From assembly GCA_001643675.2 (NCBI GenBank), contig LSRY02000041.1, forward strand, positions 372,001-436,000: DNA of 64,000 nt. Reading direction: 5' to 3'. The position numbers and the translations under genes were made by a program. This stretch comes from Monocercomonoides exilis PA203 (Eukaryota; Protista; Preaxostyla). The notes beneath the pieces were generated by a model. It worked only from the letters and a program-made list of their open reading frames with translations. It was not told the origin of the DNA and did not search any database. Of the stretch, positions 50,101-62,344 are shown in pieces (positions within the stretch are counted from its first letter, which is position 1; each line of letters begins with the position of its first letter).

Positions 50101-53100
50101 AGAGAAGAAGGAGAATGGAAGAAGAGAAAATGGCAGAAGCAATAGAAACAGTGAGAAATACGGAGATGGGAATGGGAATGACGATTTGGAAGAGAACAGA
50201 TTTGAAGGGAGGAAAGAGAAAAGAAAAGTGAGCAATGAAAATGGAGAGGAAAGAAAGGGAATGGGAAAGAATGAAGCACAAGGGACAGATGAATCAAACA
50301 AAGTGAATGACTCAACAGGTACAATGAATGACTTAACACAAACAAGAGAAGGCAGAAATGAGGGAAGGAAGAGGAATGGGATTGGTGGGGAAGAAGGAAT
50401 CGGATGGACGTTGCTGAAGAAAGGAGATGGGCATTTCTTGAGCGATGGAAAAGGGCAAAAGAGCGGAAGCAAAGGAAATGGGGAATACAAGGGAAAGGAG
50501 AAAAACGGAGGGAAAGAAGGGAAGGGGAAGGCAGAGCGGATGAAGTCGCTATTCAGTGGAAAAGAAGAGGAGGAAGAGAACGAGAGCAACAACGACAGCG
50601 ACGATGAGTGGTTCTACGATGGGAGTGTGAAGGGGAAGAGGAGGAATGCGAGTGCGCTGACAGAGGCGGGGCAGTTGGCGCTGGCAGGAATGTACATGAG
50701 CTCTCCTTCGTCGGCATCGTATTATATTCGACTGTCGCTGCAGGCGAGGAAGCAGCAGAAGATGAAAGAGATGGAGAGTGAGATGGAGAGTGAGAGGGGT
50801 GTTAATAAGAAAGGAAAAAAAGGAGATGGAGAAGGAGGAAAAGGAGATAATTATTATGTTGGAAAAATAGAAAGAAAAAGAGGTGCATGGGAAGGAAGGG
50901 AAGGAAAAGAGGAAAGACAAAAGTTTGAGTCTGAAGAAGAGAGATTGCATTCGACTCAGACGATGAATAAACGATATTTGCAAGTTCCGACTGATTCATT
51001 TGGGAAGATGAGAGCAAACAGAAGTAATTCAGTGGTGAATGTGAAGGCGAAGCGAAAGCTGTCGACAGTTGAAGAAGTGTGTGACGAAGAGCAAATGAAT
51101 GAAGAAGGAGCGAAGATGGCAGTTGAACAGAAAACAAATAAGAAAATTGTGGAAGATGGAGAAAGAATGAAAGAAGAAGAAGTCGAAGAAGAAGAAGAGT
51201 TTGAAGAAGAAAGTGAAGAGATGAATGAAGAGGAAGAGGAGGAAGAAGAAAATGAAGAAGAGGAAGAAGAGGAAGAGGAGTACGACGAAGATGAGGAAGA
51301 AGAGCAGGAAGGAGGCGAAGAGAAAGAGAAAGAAGAAGAAAGAAAGGAGGGAGAAGGAAGCCGAATAGACAGAAAGAAATGCAAAAAGAGACAGAAGAAA
51401 AAGAAAGAGATCGAAAACACGCTTATTTCTCTGTTTGGAGACATCGATGGGACAGAAAACATCAAAAAGAGGTGGAAGAGGAAGATGAAAGGGGAACACA
51501 GAAATGGAGATTATGATGGAGACGAAGAGGAAGAAGAGGAAGAGGAAGAGGAAGAGGAAGAGGAAGAGGAAGAGGAAGAAGAAGAAGAGGAGGAGGAGGA
51601 AGAGGAATATTACGAGGATGATGAATTCAATGAAGATTATTGTGAGGAAAGCGAATCAGAAGAACTGGACTACAAAGAAAAGTATTTGGATGAAGAAATG
51701 AGAGAGCCATCTTCGATTGCTGTGGAAATGATGAGCGACACTCAACCAACTGATGTATGCTAATTTTATATTGAAGCTTGAAACTGATAAAGCAATGAGT
51801 CAAGATGTTGAAATCCTTTTGAAAGAAAAATATTAATTTGAATTATTTCACTCTGTTTTTTCATAAATGTTATGTTCATTTTTAATATCTTGATAATCCC
51901 TTTTTTCAAATTGTTTTATTTCATTCCCATTCATTGTCCTTTCTCTCTCTCTCTCTTTCTTTCTTTCTTTTTCACTTTTCTTTTGCAAAACAGGCATCAT
52001 TCACTATGCTCTTCTTGATGCGTCTACAGTTTGGACTTATGCGCCTGACATCTCTTGCTATCCTCGCAGCTGCACACATGTTTCCTGTTCTTCTGTCAAC
52101 AATCCTTCCATTCAACATTCCTCTTCCATCACCCTCACCCTCACCCTCACCTTCATTCTCATCATCATCCTCTTCATCATTATCATCTTCTTCTTCTTCT
52201 TCGTTCTCCTCGTTTGCCTATTCGCGATCCCCTTCCAGCTATCTCCACCTTTCTTCTCTCCACTCCCGCCTTCCGTCCATCCGCCAAGACATGTTCTGCC
52301 GCCCTCTGCGCTTCTGCCGCCCGACTCCTCCAGTTGTCTCCTACCAGCACCACCGCCTTCCCCTCCACCACTCCGTGGCCTCTCCGCAGACAGCCGCTGC
52401 ACTTCGCTCTTTGTTCTCTCCTCTGCAGCACATGGCGCCGTTTGCCTCTCCGTCTTTCCACTTCAAAATAACCAGCGCACAGTCGAATAAAAGCGAGGAC
52501 CTTCCGACTCCTCTTCTTTCTCCTTCGTCCACTCCGTCGCTCGTACCATCCCCGTTTGCCTTGCCTTCCATTCCGTTCGAGTCTCCTCTTCGCTCGCCAT
52601 CTTCCCCTCAACCGCAAAGAGCCTTGCATTTCCATTCAAAGGCACCAGCATCTCCCTCGTCTTCATCCAGAACCTCTCCGCTTTCCTCTCCCGTTCCTCG
52701 TGTGAACGGGTCTGGGCGTGCTGTGTCTGTTCTGTCAGAAAGCGAGCAAGCGCTGTTCAGTGTGTTCTCAGAAGATGCAGTAGCCGCAGCAGCAGTTCTG
52801 TCTGCGCAGCGGGAGGCAGCAGCGGAAAAGGCGGAGCTGAACACGATTGACCGGAGGAAGCCGCTGATTGCGGTGTGGAAGCAGCTTGTGAAGCAGCAGC
52901 AGCACATGCAGCGGTTTGGGTCGCCGTTTTACCTGCCGCTGTTGCATCCGGAGTATGCGATGGGTGCGGGCGGACCGCCGGTGCTAACTGCAGCATATCT
53001 GAAGAAGCAGAGGCTGCATCGGAATGTGGCGTTGAACGGGATTGGGATCACTAACAGCACAGATCGAAAAATTGTTTTGGTGTGTGAATGAGAGGGATTC

Positions 53101-53719
53101 AAGATATTGGTTCTGTTATTTATGTAATTTTCATACCTCGCACACACGCATTTTATCCATGTGTGAATGCAATTATGATAACTGCAATTTAGCATTGAAG
53201 GAAATATGGATGTTTCACCTTATTTTTTCAAATTTTCTGTTTTTTAAATTTTGTTTTATTATATTATATTATATTATATTATATTTTATAAAATTTTTTA
53301 TTTTTTATTTTATTATTTATTATTTATTTTTTATTTTTTAATTTTTTATTGTTATTTGTTATTTGTAATCACTCATTTTTCTTTTCTTTTTTTTCATTTT
53401 GACTGTCCATTGGTTTGATAATACTTTGATTTCTCAGTCATTTCTTCGGGTTCTGTTGGACCAGCAGCGCTACGGCTTGTGCTTTGCGAACTCGCCTCGG
53501 AGTGCATCTTCGTTCCAGCCGACAGTTGTGCTGGATGAGGCAGTGCACACACAGCATGGGTGGCTGGAGCGTTCAGGGGCAGAAATCGTGGGTGTACGGC
53601 GCTTTGATGCTAAAGCTGGTGGAAGGGGTGGAAGCAGCGTTTTGAGCTCATCGAAGAAAAAGCATTCTTCTGGCCGAAGTGAAAATGGTGGTGGAAAGAC
53701 AAGAAAAGATAAAAAGTGA
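44124..53719 (+). CDS. SMCR8: SMCR8-like longin/DENN protein (C9orf72 partner family), greatly expanded by low-complexity inserts
   Basis: Spliced N-terminus EFVSLMEFDELEG|PIPLL...IDFTDLCLKIM...HHFSLSDIDARGFVRAYSLSF matches the SMCR8 uDENN pattern (EFSE..GP.PL; HHLTLYDLEARGFVRP). The cDENN-like segment KYMFFPHVVCAVLRGVAVVV...LVNALSFFVPG...PW...DLPRLKLCGL is present. Exons join ORFs 44244, 44663, 45071, 51934 and 53399; TGA 53719. Confidence 0.85.
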
Positions 53720-54218
53720 GAGGTGGATTTGTTTGCATTTTGTTGCTCATGTTTTTTACAAATGAGTTTTTTGAATATGACTCTGAGCAGAATTATTGTG
53801 TGTTTTTCTTTGTAAATGAACGAGTTATATTTTTCCCCCAATAATATAAGCCCATCTTGTTGTATTTTGATATTTTGACACTTTCGTTTTGTTTGTTTGT
53901 TTGTTTATGCTTTGTTTCTATTTATTTGAATTTTTTATATTTTATTTTTCTTATTATTCATTTTATTCGTTTGCCGATTGAGTTGACGGAAAAGCGAATA
54001 GTTGGAGTTCGAACTTTCAGATTTTAGTTATTTTTTATAAATCATTATAAATATGTTCAAAACGGTTTTATTGCAACAAAGGAACTTTTCCAAATTCTGA
54101 ATTGGATGAAAAAAACGAATTCAATAAAAATAGTGACAAAGTTATCAATCAAACCTGATAGTAATTTTTAATTTTATCTTTAAATTCCCACTAAAATTGA
54201 TGAAATAGAAGTGGGTTA

Positions 54219-54283
54219 TATACCTGTGTGACGTGATGAAATTTTTGTCTTCACGTCCGTCAGTGAATTTTGGTCACGTCAGT

Positions 54284-54324
<41 letters not shown>

Positions 54325-57300
54325 TTTTTTTTTTTTTTTTTTCTATAAAGAAAAATGATTTCAAATTATTTATAGTTAACATTTTTTATTTTTGAATAAA
54401 AAGTTTATTTGAAATAATTTTTGAAAGGAACAATTTTTGATTTGATTTTCTTTTTCCCATAAATCGATTTCAATTTTAAATTAAGAATGAGTTGCTTTTA
54501 ATCAGAGATCCAATACCTCATTTGCACAATAATGTTCATAATGTGTCACTGCACTACTTTTCACATAACGATTGATGTATCTAGCACTTATACGGTTTAA
54601 TATTATTTAAAACTCTCTGATTTTTCATTTTGATGTTTTTTCTTTTTTCAATCAAATTTTCATATTTCTGCCCACTATTCTCAAGTATTTCATTTCTTTA
54701 TTGCTTATTTTAGACAATCACTGATGCCTCTTATGTTTGAATGTTTGTTGAATTTTTTCAAAGAATATTTTAAAAGATTTCTCTTTTTCATCATTACCTC
54801 CGCATCCTTTCCTGTCCCCACGCTCTTTCATCGATTCAACCTTCAATTTAAAACAAACAACTTCATTTTTCAGACATGCACTTCATCAAATGCTGCTGTG
54901 GTGCATGTAAGAACAGAAACTCAAAGATAAACACCAGGATAATTAATTTTATTCGATTTAAACAGTCATCGTTTTTAATGGTGTGAAAGGAATGATTCAA
55001 ACGGAGGGTCAAGTTGTGGAAGAGCACTTTGTGTTGAATGGGCAAATGCATATCTGTTAATTGCTTTATGTTTATATTTCAACTGTTCGACCAGCGATCA
55101 TGCCGGAGCGTTTGATTGCTTATATCTGCTAAATGTTAATATAGCAAAATCCAATTTCACCACTTGCACCGCTCTGCATGAAGGAGCTGCTTATTTGTAT
55201 TGCAATCAACCTTATTCTGTTTGGACATTCTCAGATAACAGAGTGGAAAGTTGCTCAATAACAGATTGGTGTGGAACTGGTTGGTACTTTTCCCTCTATT
55301 ACATACCCTCAGATGCTCAATTCCTGTTTTCCAAATGTTAGTGTATCGCAAATTCTGGTGGTGATTCTGCTGGCTCTCTCACATTTCATTGGCCTCCACA
55401 AAATAAACCAAGTCAGTTTTCAATCATTGAGTGTCAGTTCATCAGTAACAATCTGACTGCCTCTTCCACTTATGGCGGAGCAGGAATATACTTTGATGGA
55501 ACTTACTCTTGGATGAATGGAATGAAATTCATCACTTTCTGTTTCTTCGATGGAAACACAGCAACAAACGGCAGGGGGAATGATGTGTTCTTCAGTGGTA
55601 ATGCAATCACCCAATCTCCATTTGAGAATTGTGGATCAGCAACCACAACAAAAAGAGTGTGGAACAGCAATACAGCTGATAACGCTGTGTATAATGGCTG
55701 GCTCCCTCTCATCGCCCAGAACAAAATCGTTTCTAGCAGCGGAACTGATGCTGATGCCTGTGGCAGACCCCAACAGACCCCATGTGCCACCATCGAGTAT
55801 GCCCTCAACGGCTTCATTTCCCTCCTCCACGACGCCTCTCTCACCCTCCTCACCTCAACATTTGTTCCTCTTCAAACACTCACTTTCAATGCAATTGATA
55901 CAAAAATCACAGGAAACGGAACAGATGCCACCACTATCACCTCCAGTGGCATTTCCCAACCAGCTTCTTCTTCTTCATTTCCTTTATCAACATCTTATTC
56001 ACCAGATCCATCTGCCTCGTCTGCCCTCTTCCAACAAACTCAGGGCTCCCTCACAGTTTCAGCCCTCACCATCGCCCACAACTCCTCAAACCCCATCGCC
56101 CCCATCCTCTTCCACCTCTCCAATAACTCCCCTTCCCTCAATCTCAACACAACAACCATCACCGGAGCAACCTCATCTTCATCATCAATCACAACCCCCT
56201 CTTCTTCCTCACTGCTGGCTCCCTCGCCCTCAACCACACAGCAATCACCAGTCTCGCCCTCAACAGTCAAAGCATCTTCCACCTCACCTCCCTCACAAAC
56301 TCCCTCACACTCAACTCCTCCAACTCTCTGCGATTTCGTTGTAAACAAAAGCCACTTAGCGAATATAATGCTTTTTCAACAATTTTTGAGGTTAATTCTT
56401 CGTTCATTTCATTTTATCCGAATAACAACAAAGATAAACAGTCTCCAAATATTTCTTATAATATTTTTCTTTCTATATGATGTGATATGGATCAAAGAAT
56501 AATAATTATCAAGTGTATGAATAGAATATTTTTTAAAAAATATTTTTATCTTCTATTAATCAACTGTCAATAATCATTCAATGTCTTTCATCTTCATATA
56601 TATGATGCATTCAAGTGATTACCCAAACCTAACTCGCGAACATGCAAAGAGCGAAAAAGCCCTAGAAAGCTATGAAGGCATATATTGCTAATCTCCGTCC
56701 TATACGTGCGCTTTAAAAAATGTACAAAAAATTTCTATTTTTCCATTTCATTATTTTCAACAACATTATAATAAATATCAGCATTATTCAAAGAAATTGC
56801 TTCTGTCTTATTGTTTTCAGTGAAAAATTCATAAGTCGGTTGTTCAGCTGGAATTTCAGAGAAATAATAACCAATTTCTCCGGTGGCAAAGTCGAAGAAG
56901 ATTGATGTTTCTTGTCGGTTGATGAAATGGATAAATGCAAATTTGCATTGTCAGAAGAGATGGTTGAATGAAAAATTCGAAATCAATATTCTTTGAAGAT
57001 AAATTTATCGATGTTGAATTTTCATTATATTTGTTTATGAAACGAAGAGACGAAAACAAACAACGAGGAGCGAATATTCTGAAGAAATGAAATGCGTAAG
57101 GTGATGTTCTTTATTAACTTCTGAAAACCAGTTCGTGAAAATCACTTCATTTGAACAAATAAATCATTTGCAAATGAAACTTCGAGCTGGATGTTTTATT
57201 GAATTGACTCGCAGTGATATTTTCTTCATTTGTTCTTCACAATAGACAATCTATTTTGATTTCAGCAATATTATCTTGACAAAAGCTCAAAAAAAACTTT

Positions 57301-57688
57301 ATATCTCAAACCATTTTATTGGAGACAAAGACAAATGCAACTCTTTTGCCAAAGAGTTAAAATTTGCTTTTTTGATTAACTCATGGAGACTCTGACTTGA
57401 CATGACGGGCATGACGGTCAATGACGATCTGAAATTCCTTTTTTGCCTTTTCGTCAGTATCCCATTGAAATAAATATTTTGAATTTTGCATAAAAAAAAT
57501 AAAACAATGTGAAAGTGAATTTTTTAATGTTAAAAAATTATATGAAAATGAAAAGAATAAAGTTGACAATTCCTTTTCGTTTTATTTCTTCTGAAATAAC
57601 GATAATAAACTACTGACGTGAAAGTTTTCGTTAAGTCCGTCAGAAATGAAAAATTTCACGTCATTTGTCATTACGTCACACAGGTTTA
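54219..57688. mobile_element. Non-autonomous DNA transposon (3,470 bp) with 21-bp TIRs and an 8-bp TSD (hAT-like), carrying a gene fragment
   Basis: TIR TATACCTGTGTGACGTGATGA versus right end reverse complement TAAACCTGTGTGACGTAATGA (19/21). TSD GTGGGTTA at 54211-54218 and 57689-57696. Subterminal inverted CACGTCAGT(G/A)GTTT at 54275-54288 and 57607-57620. No transposase ORF. Confidence 0.85.
54790..56330 (+). pseudogene. Frameshifted internal fragment of a beta-helix surface-protein gene (cargo of element 54219-57688)
   Basis: Pieces such as CSTSDHAGAFDCLY...FTTCTALHEGAAY and ITFCFFDGNTATNGRGNDVFF...SPFENC...SSSGTDADACGRPQQTPCATIEYA, with stops and frameshifts. No signal peptide or TM end. 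Confidence 0.8.
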
Positions 57689-58739
57689 GTGGGTTAGTCT
57701 TTTTATTTGCACCCTTTTTTTATAAGCTCCAAATTTGGTATAGATGCAAATCGTACCACTTTCAGTTTGCATTTTTTCAAAATATAAATATTATAGCGAT
57801 AATCTACATAATTTAACAAAGCGATCCAAGGAGGGAAATTTCGAAATTCGATCATAAAAATTTTCTAAAAAAAATGATTTTTTGCAACCCATAATATTTT
57901 CATTAAGATCACAAAGAATTAAAAACTCAATTTACTGGCTTTACAAAGTTCAGTACAACTTCACAATGCAATATTCAAAGAGGATATAATATTTTTATTT
58001 GTTGAACAATCGAATTTTCACATATATTGTTTGCTATGAAGTTATTTTATAAATATTAAATAAATACGCGATATCTCCGTTTTGGAAAATTAAAGTGCAA
58101 TATTTCAATAACACCGCCGAAACAGAAGCTGAGTAAAACATATGAATAGTGTAATGATAATTTTCAGTTGAATTTTAATTTTTTTAATGCTATTTTTACA
58201 AATTTTTAAGTTGGATTGATTTGAAGATGAAGGTATAGTGCTGCACTTGGAATCGATGATGCGGGGAAAAGCCATTTGGAGAGAGGCAAACTGGTGAAGG
58301 GGGGAGTGAGGGGAAATGAAGATTTGTGGAGGTATTTTATTCTTGTTTGTTCATTTTCTTCATGTTCCATTTTTATTTTTGTTTGTATTTTTTTTTTATT
58401 TCATTGATGTGAGATGCGATCAGGTATTGTCAGAGGCGCTGGGGGAGCATGAAATATGGGATGTGGAAACACTGCTTTTTTCTGGGACATTCCTGGAAGA
58501 AATTATGAGAAAACAGCAACCGAAGAGCGTTTGGCAGAATGATCCAGGCGGAAAAAACTGAAGAGAATGGGGAAAGAAATTTTTGTGGAATTTATTTTTA
58601 CAAAAAATTTTTTTGGAAGCAGCAGCAGATGAGGCAGGAAAATGGATACAGCTGCATTGGGATATTTTACGATATGGCACAAAGAATCATGTGGCAAATG
58701 AGAGAAGAAAAATGAAGAATTTCTGCGAGAGAATCGCAT

Positions 58740-60267
58740 TTCTCATCTGTTTCCCCATTCCACTCATCGCCCTCCATTTCCTTTGTTTCATTTTCCAAAT
58801 TATCATTTTTCAATATCTCAACAGCAAATGATGCATGTTCACATTCAACCACTACATCAACCCAAACCTCATGTGATGAGAAGTTGCTCATTCTCATCTG
58901 TTTGCGATGCGTATGATGGAGGGATTGTTCCTTCCCTCAACAACTCCTTGGCTTCTCTGACTGCTTCAAACACCTCGTTTGTTGGATGTTGCAGGGCAAG
59001 AAACGTTGCATGTGAAGGAACTGCAGATAATAAGCTGACTCCAGAGAGACAAAACGAAACAGAAAATGGAGCAAATGCATTTATTTGGTGCGAATGGGAT
59101 GGATCGAAAACAACAGGAGAAAGTGACTCGTGGGCCGATGGAAAATCGAGCGGAGGGGCAATCTGTATGTACAGCCAATCGTCCGCCACTGTTTCTGTTT
59201 CGCATTGCGTGTTTAATGGATGTATTGCACATTATGCTGGAGGAGGAATTAATTGCTATAGTATTAATTCTGTTGAGATTGTGAATAACACATTTGATTC
59301 ATGCACTGCGCAAAGTTATCGAGGGGGTGGAATGTTCATTTTGACGATTTCATCGTGTGTTCGGATCAGCGGATGTGAATTCAAGGATTGCAAAGCAGTT
59401 AATTATGGAGGAGGACTTTATCTTGATTATTTTAATGTTTCAGGAGCAGGATGTGTTGGAAATGAAAGTGGAGAAGGGGAGAGTGCGTGTGTGTTTGACT
59501 GCAGCTTCACTTCATGCTCAATCACAAGTTCAAGTGGCGGAGGCATGTATTGTCGAACTGTTCCTGTCACATTTAAAATGAGGAGCATTCAATTTATTTC
59601 ATGTTTAGCAGCTGCAAATGGAGGAGGTTTTTGGATTAATCCGAATAGAGAAAATGCGCCAAATGACACATTTTATTGCTATTTTTTGTTCTTTCATGAA
59701 TGCAAATGCAGAGCAACATCCACTCCATATGGGCATGATGTGATGTATTATGATTACTACAGCGTATATTTATCTCAAAATAATCCATTTCATGAATGTT
59801 ACACCACAAACACAGATGACAAGAGAGTATGTTATGGATACAACTACTCGAATGCAAATGCTTGGACATTTCAGCACACAGAAAAGAAGGAATGGCTAAA
59901 GGATAAGACGATCTATGTTTCTGTGAATGGGAGTGATGGATATGAGCTATGCGGGTCAAATGAATCAAATCCGTGTCTGACGATGAAGAAGGCATTTCAA
60001 ATGTGTGAGATACAGATAAGCTTGACAATCACACTGATGGACGGGGATCATGTGAGTGAGGCAACAACGATTGATATTGGAGAAAAGAAGATTTCGGTCA
60101 TTGGGAGAGGCAAAGATAAGAGTTCGATTGGAACAGGAGTAATTTCTTTTCTATCATCAACTGGAGAGTTGTTGAGTGTGACGAGCGGGCAGTTGGGGGT
60201 TGGGCATGGAGGATCGATCACAATTAGCAAGAAATCTGTCACCGAGCGTGTTTGTGATGCCTGCTGA
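58740..60267 (+). pseudogene. Truncated beta-helix surface-protein gene fragment (cargo of element 57737-62303)
   Basis: About 450 codons open: SSGGAICM, AGGGINC, RGGGMF, YGGGLY, YGHDVMYYD...NPFHECYTTN...IYVSVNGSDGYELCGSNESNPCLTMKKA. Apparent frameshifts near 58873 and 60210; lacks signal peptide and TM anchor. Confidence 0.8.
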
Positions 60268-60934
60268 TGTTGAAATATTTTAACTTGCAAAAATAAGGGT
60301 TAATCCCAAGTCTGAAGGAGAATCCAATATTGGAATTGTCATTTGCACCCACTCTGCCACAGTTTCCAATAATAACTACTGATAAAGAATTCGATTCAAC
60401 TGCAGCCCAACAAATTGCAAATCACATTCCACATATGTGTGGAACGTCATTCCTGATCCAGGAAGAAGCAATTTTTTGAGCCAACTTTGTTATTTTTTAA
60501 AATTATTTGTATGCTCTATTTATTCGTTTCTAATATTTTATATTTTATTTATAAATACTTTATAAATGATGAATAATTGAATATATTGTTTTTTATTTGT
60601 GCAAGCTTTAACTTAATTGCACTCGTTTCTTTTATAAGTGCGTCAGCCAACATCAGCAGCTTTGAAATGCCAAAATAAAACAGTAATGCATTACCATAAT
60701 AGAACTTGTTGTGAATACTTTGTTAAAAACAGGAAAATAATAATTTTTCACAAACAACAATGAACCCCAAATAGCAATGAACGAAAAAGAAGATGAAAGG
60801 AAAAAGAAATAAACAATTTGAATGGAAAAAAATGGAAAATCGAGAAACAATGTTTGAAATTCCTTTGAAAAAAGTTAAGATTTTTTGAAAAAAAGCATAC
60901 TAAGATATCCCTCTCCATTCCCATCACGCATTTT

Positions 60935-61760
60935 TAAGTAGTCTCTTTGTTTCGCCTCCACTCTTCTCTTCCTTCTTTTCGTCCTTTCACTCGATAATCT
61001 CCGTAATACTCAATGTTCATCATTTGTTTTCTTTTCCTCTTTTTTCCAACAGCCAACTTTCCCCATCTCAACTTGAACGCTCTGTCAACTTCAGCAGCTG
61101 CTCCATATAAAATGAGCTTTTCCATCATATCCTCTTCTTATATCACTTGTATTGAAAAATCTCATCCCTGCTTCAATTTCATTCCCTTCTTCCTTTCTTC
61201 TCGTCTTTCTCTAAACTTTTATTTGTATCTTTTTGCTGTTGCTGCTCGGTAACGCACAACCTTACAACCATCATCTTCAAAATGAACATATAGGTGATGC
61301 TAATAATATTGCTGAACGTAGATATATCTCTCACAAATATGAAGTAATCCATTTTATTTGCACATAAAAAAATCTTCACTTTTTCATGCCAATTCGTTTC
61401 TTTCTTTCTACTTTTTCTTTTTCTTCCAACGCTTCAGCAAACCTTGTTCGATAATGAAGTTCTAATGAACTTTGACGATTTTGTTTTATGCTCCGCGCCT
61501 TCTCATCCCTTCCGTAAGCCCTAGCTCCACTGCATATCCCAACCTCAGTCAAACAGCTTTATAACCTTTCATCTGATGTGAAGGTTTCTTCAAAGTTTTC
61601 CTCTAACAAGTCACTTCTTCTTCTCAATCTTCGCCTCTCATTCTTTTGTCCTTTCTGATCAATCCATTTCTCTAATCTAACTCCTTTAAATTCTTATCAT
61701 TCAGCTTCAACATATTCTCTCCATTAATGAATTTTCGGTGCCCACTCTCTTCTTTCCTTG
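60935..61760 (-). pseudogene. Highly decayed coding remnant, possibly a DIRS-type tyrosine recombinase
   Basis: Fragments LTEVGICSGARAY and MEKLILYGAAAEVDRAFKLRWG...MMNIEYY loosely resemble the C-terminal YR box (aGi...aySir...tkL...G...ev....RW...m..yY). Many stops. Confidence 0.25.
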
Positions 61761-62344
61761 AAAACTTTACTCTTTCAAAACTTGTGTCTTATAAATCTTT
61801 CAAATGCTTCTGAGATTAATCATGGAAAAAAAGGAAGATAGAAAATATTCCAACAATTATCTTATTAACATCGATAACAATTTAAAAATAAAAAAAAGAC
61901 ACCTTCAAATGTTGTTATATCTGTCACTGCATCGTTTGTAATATCCGCAATTGTGCGTAAATTTGTGTTCAGTTAAAACATTGACTTTAAATAAAATAAC
62001 TTCATAGCAAACAATATATGTGAAAATTCGATTGTTCAACAAATAAAAATATTATATCCTCTTTGAATATTGCATTGTGAAGTTGTACTGAACTTTGTAA
62101 AGCCAGTAAATTGAGTTTTTAATTCTTTGTGATCTTAATGAAAATATTATGGGTTGCAAAAAATCATTTTTTTAGAAAATTTTTATGATCGAATTTCGAA
62201 ATTTCCCTCCTTGGATCGCTTTGTTAAATTATGTAGATTATCGCTATAATATTTATATTTTGAAAAAATGCAAACTGAAAGTATTACGACTAACACCTAT
62301 GCCCCAAATTTTTGAAGAAAAAAAAAACAAAAAAATACAGACTT

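Larger units (their letters stand above)
57737..62303. mobile_element. Non-autonomous DNA transposon (4,567 bp) with ~314-bp TIRs, GG...CC ends and an 8-bp TSD (Merlin- or MULE-like), carrying gene fragments
   Basis: 57737-58050 is the reverse complement of 61991-62303. The inner ~293 bp are identical by eye except one indel in an A run; the outer 21 bp match 14/21. TSD CCAAATTT at 57729-57736 and 62304-62311. No intact transposase. Confidence 0.88.

Noticed and set aside
45279-53195. Numerous overlapping ORFs, up to 364 aa, within SMCR8
   Set aside because: Products of low-complexity GAA/TCT repeats lacking stops in other frames; no domain signal.
54228-54288. TGACGT motifs as CRE/ATF-type promoter sites
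   Set aside because: They are mirrored at 57607-57680 and better explained as transposon terminal and subterminal motifs.
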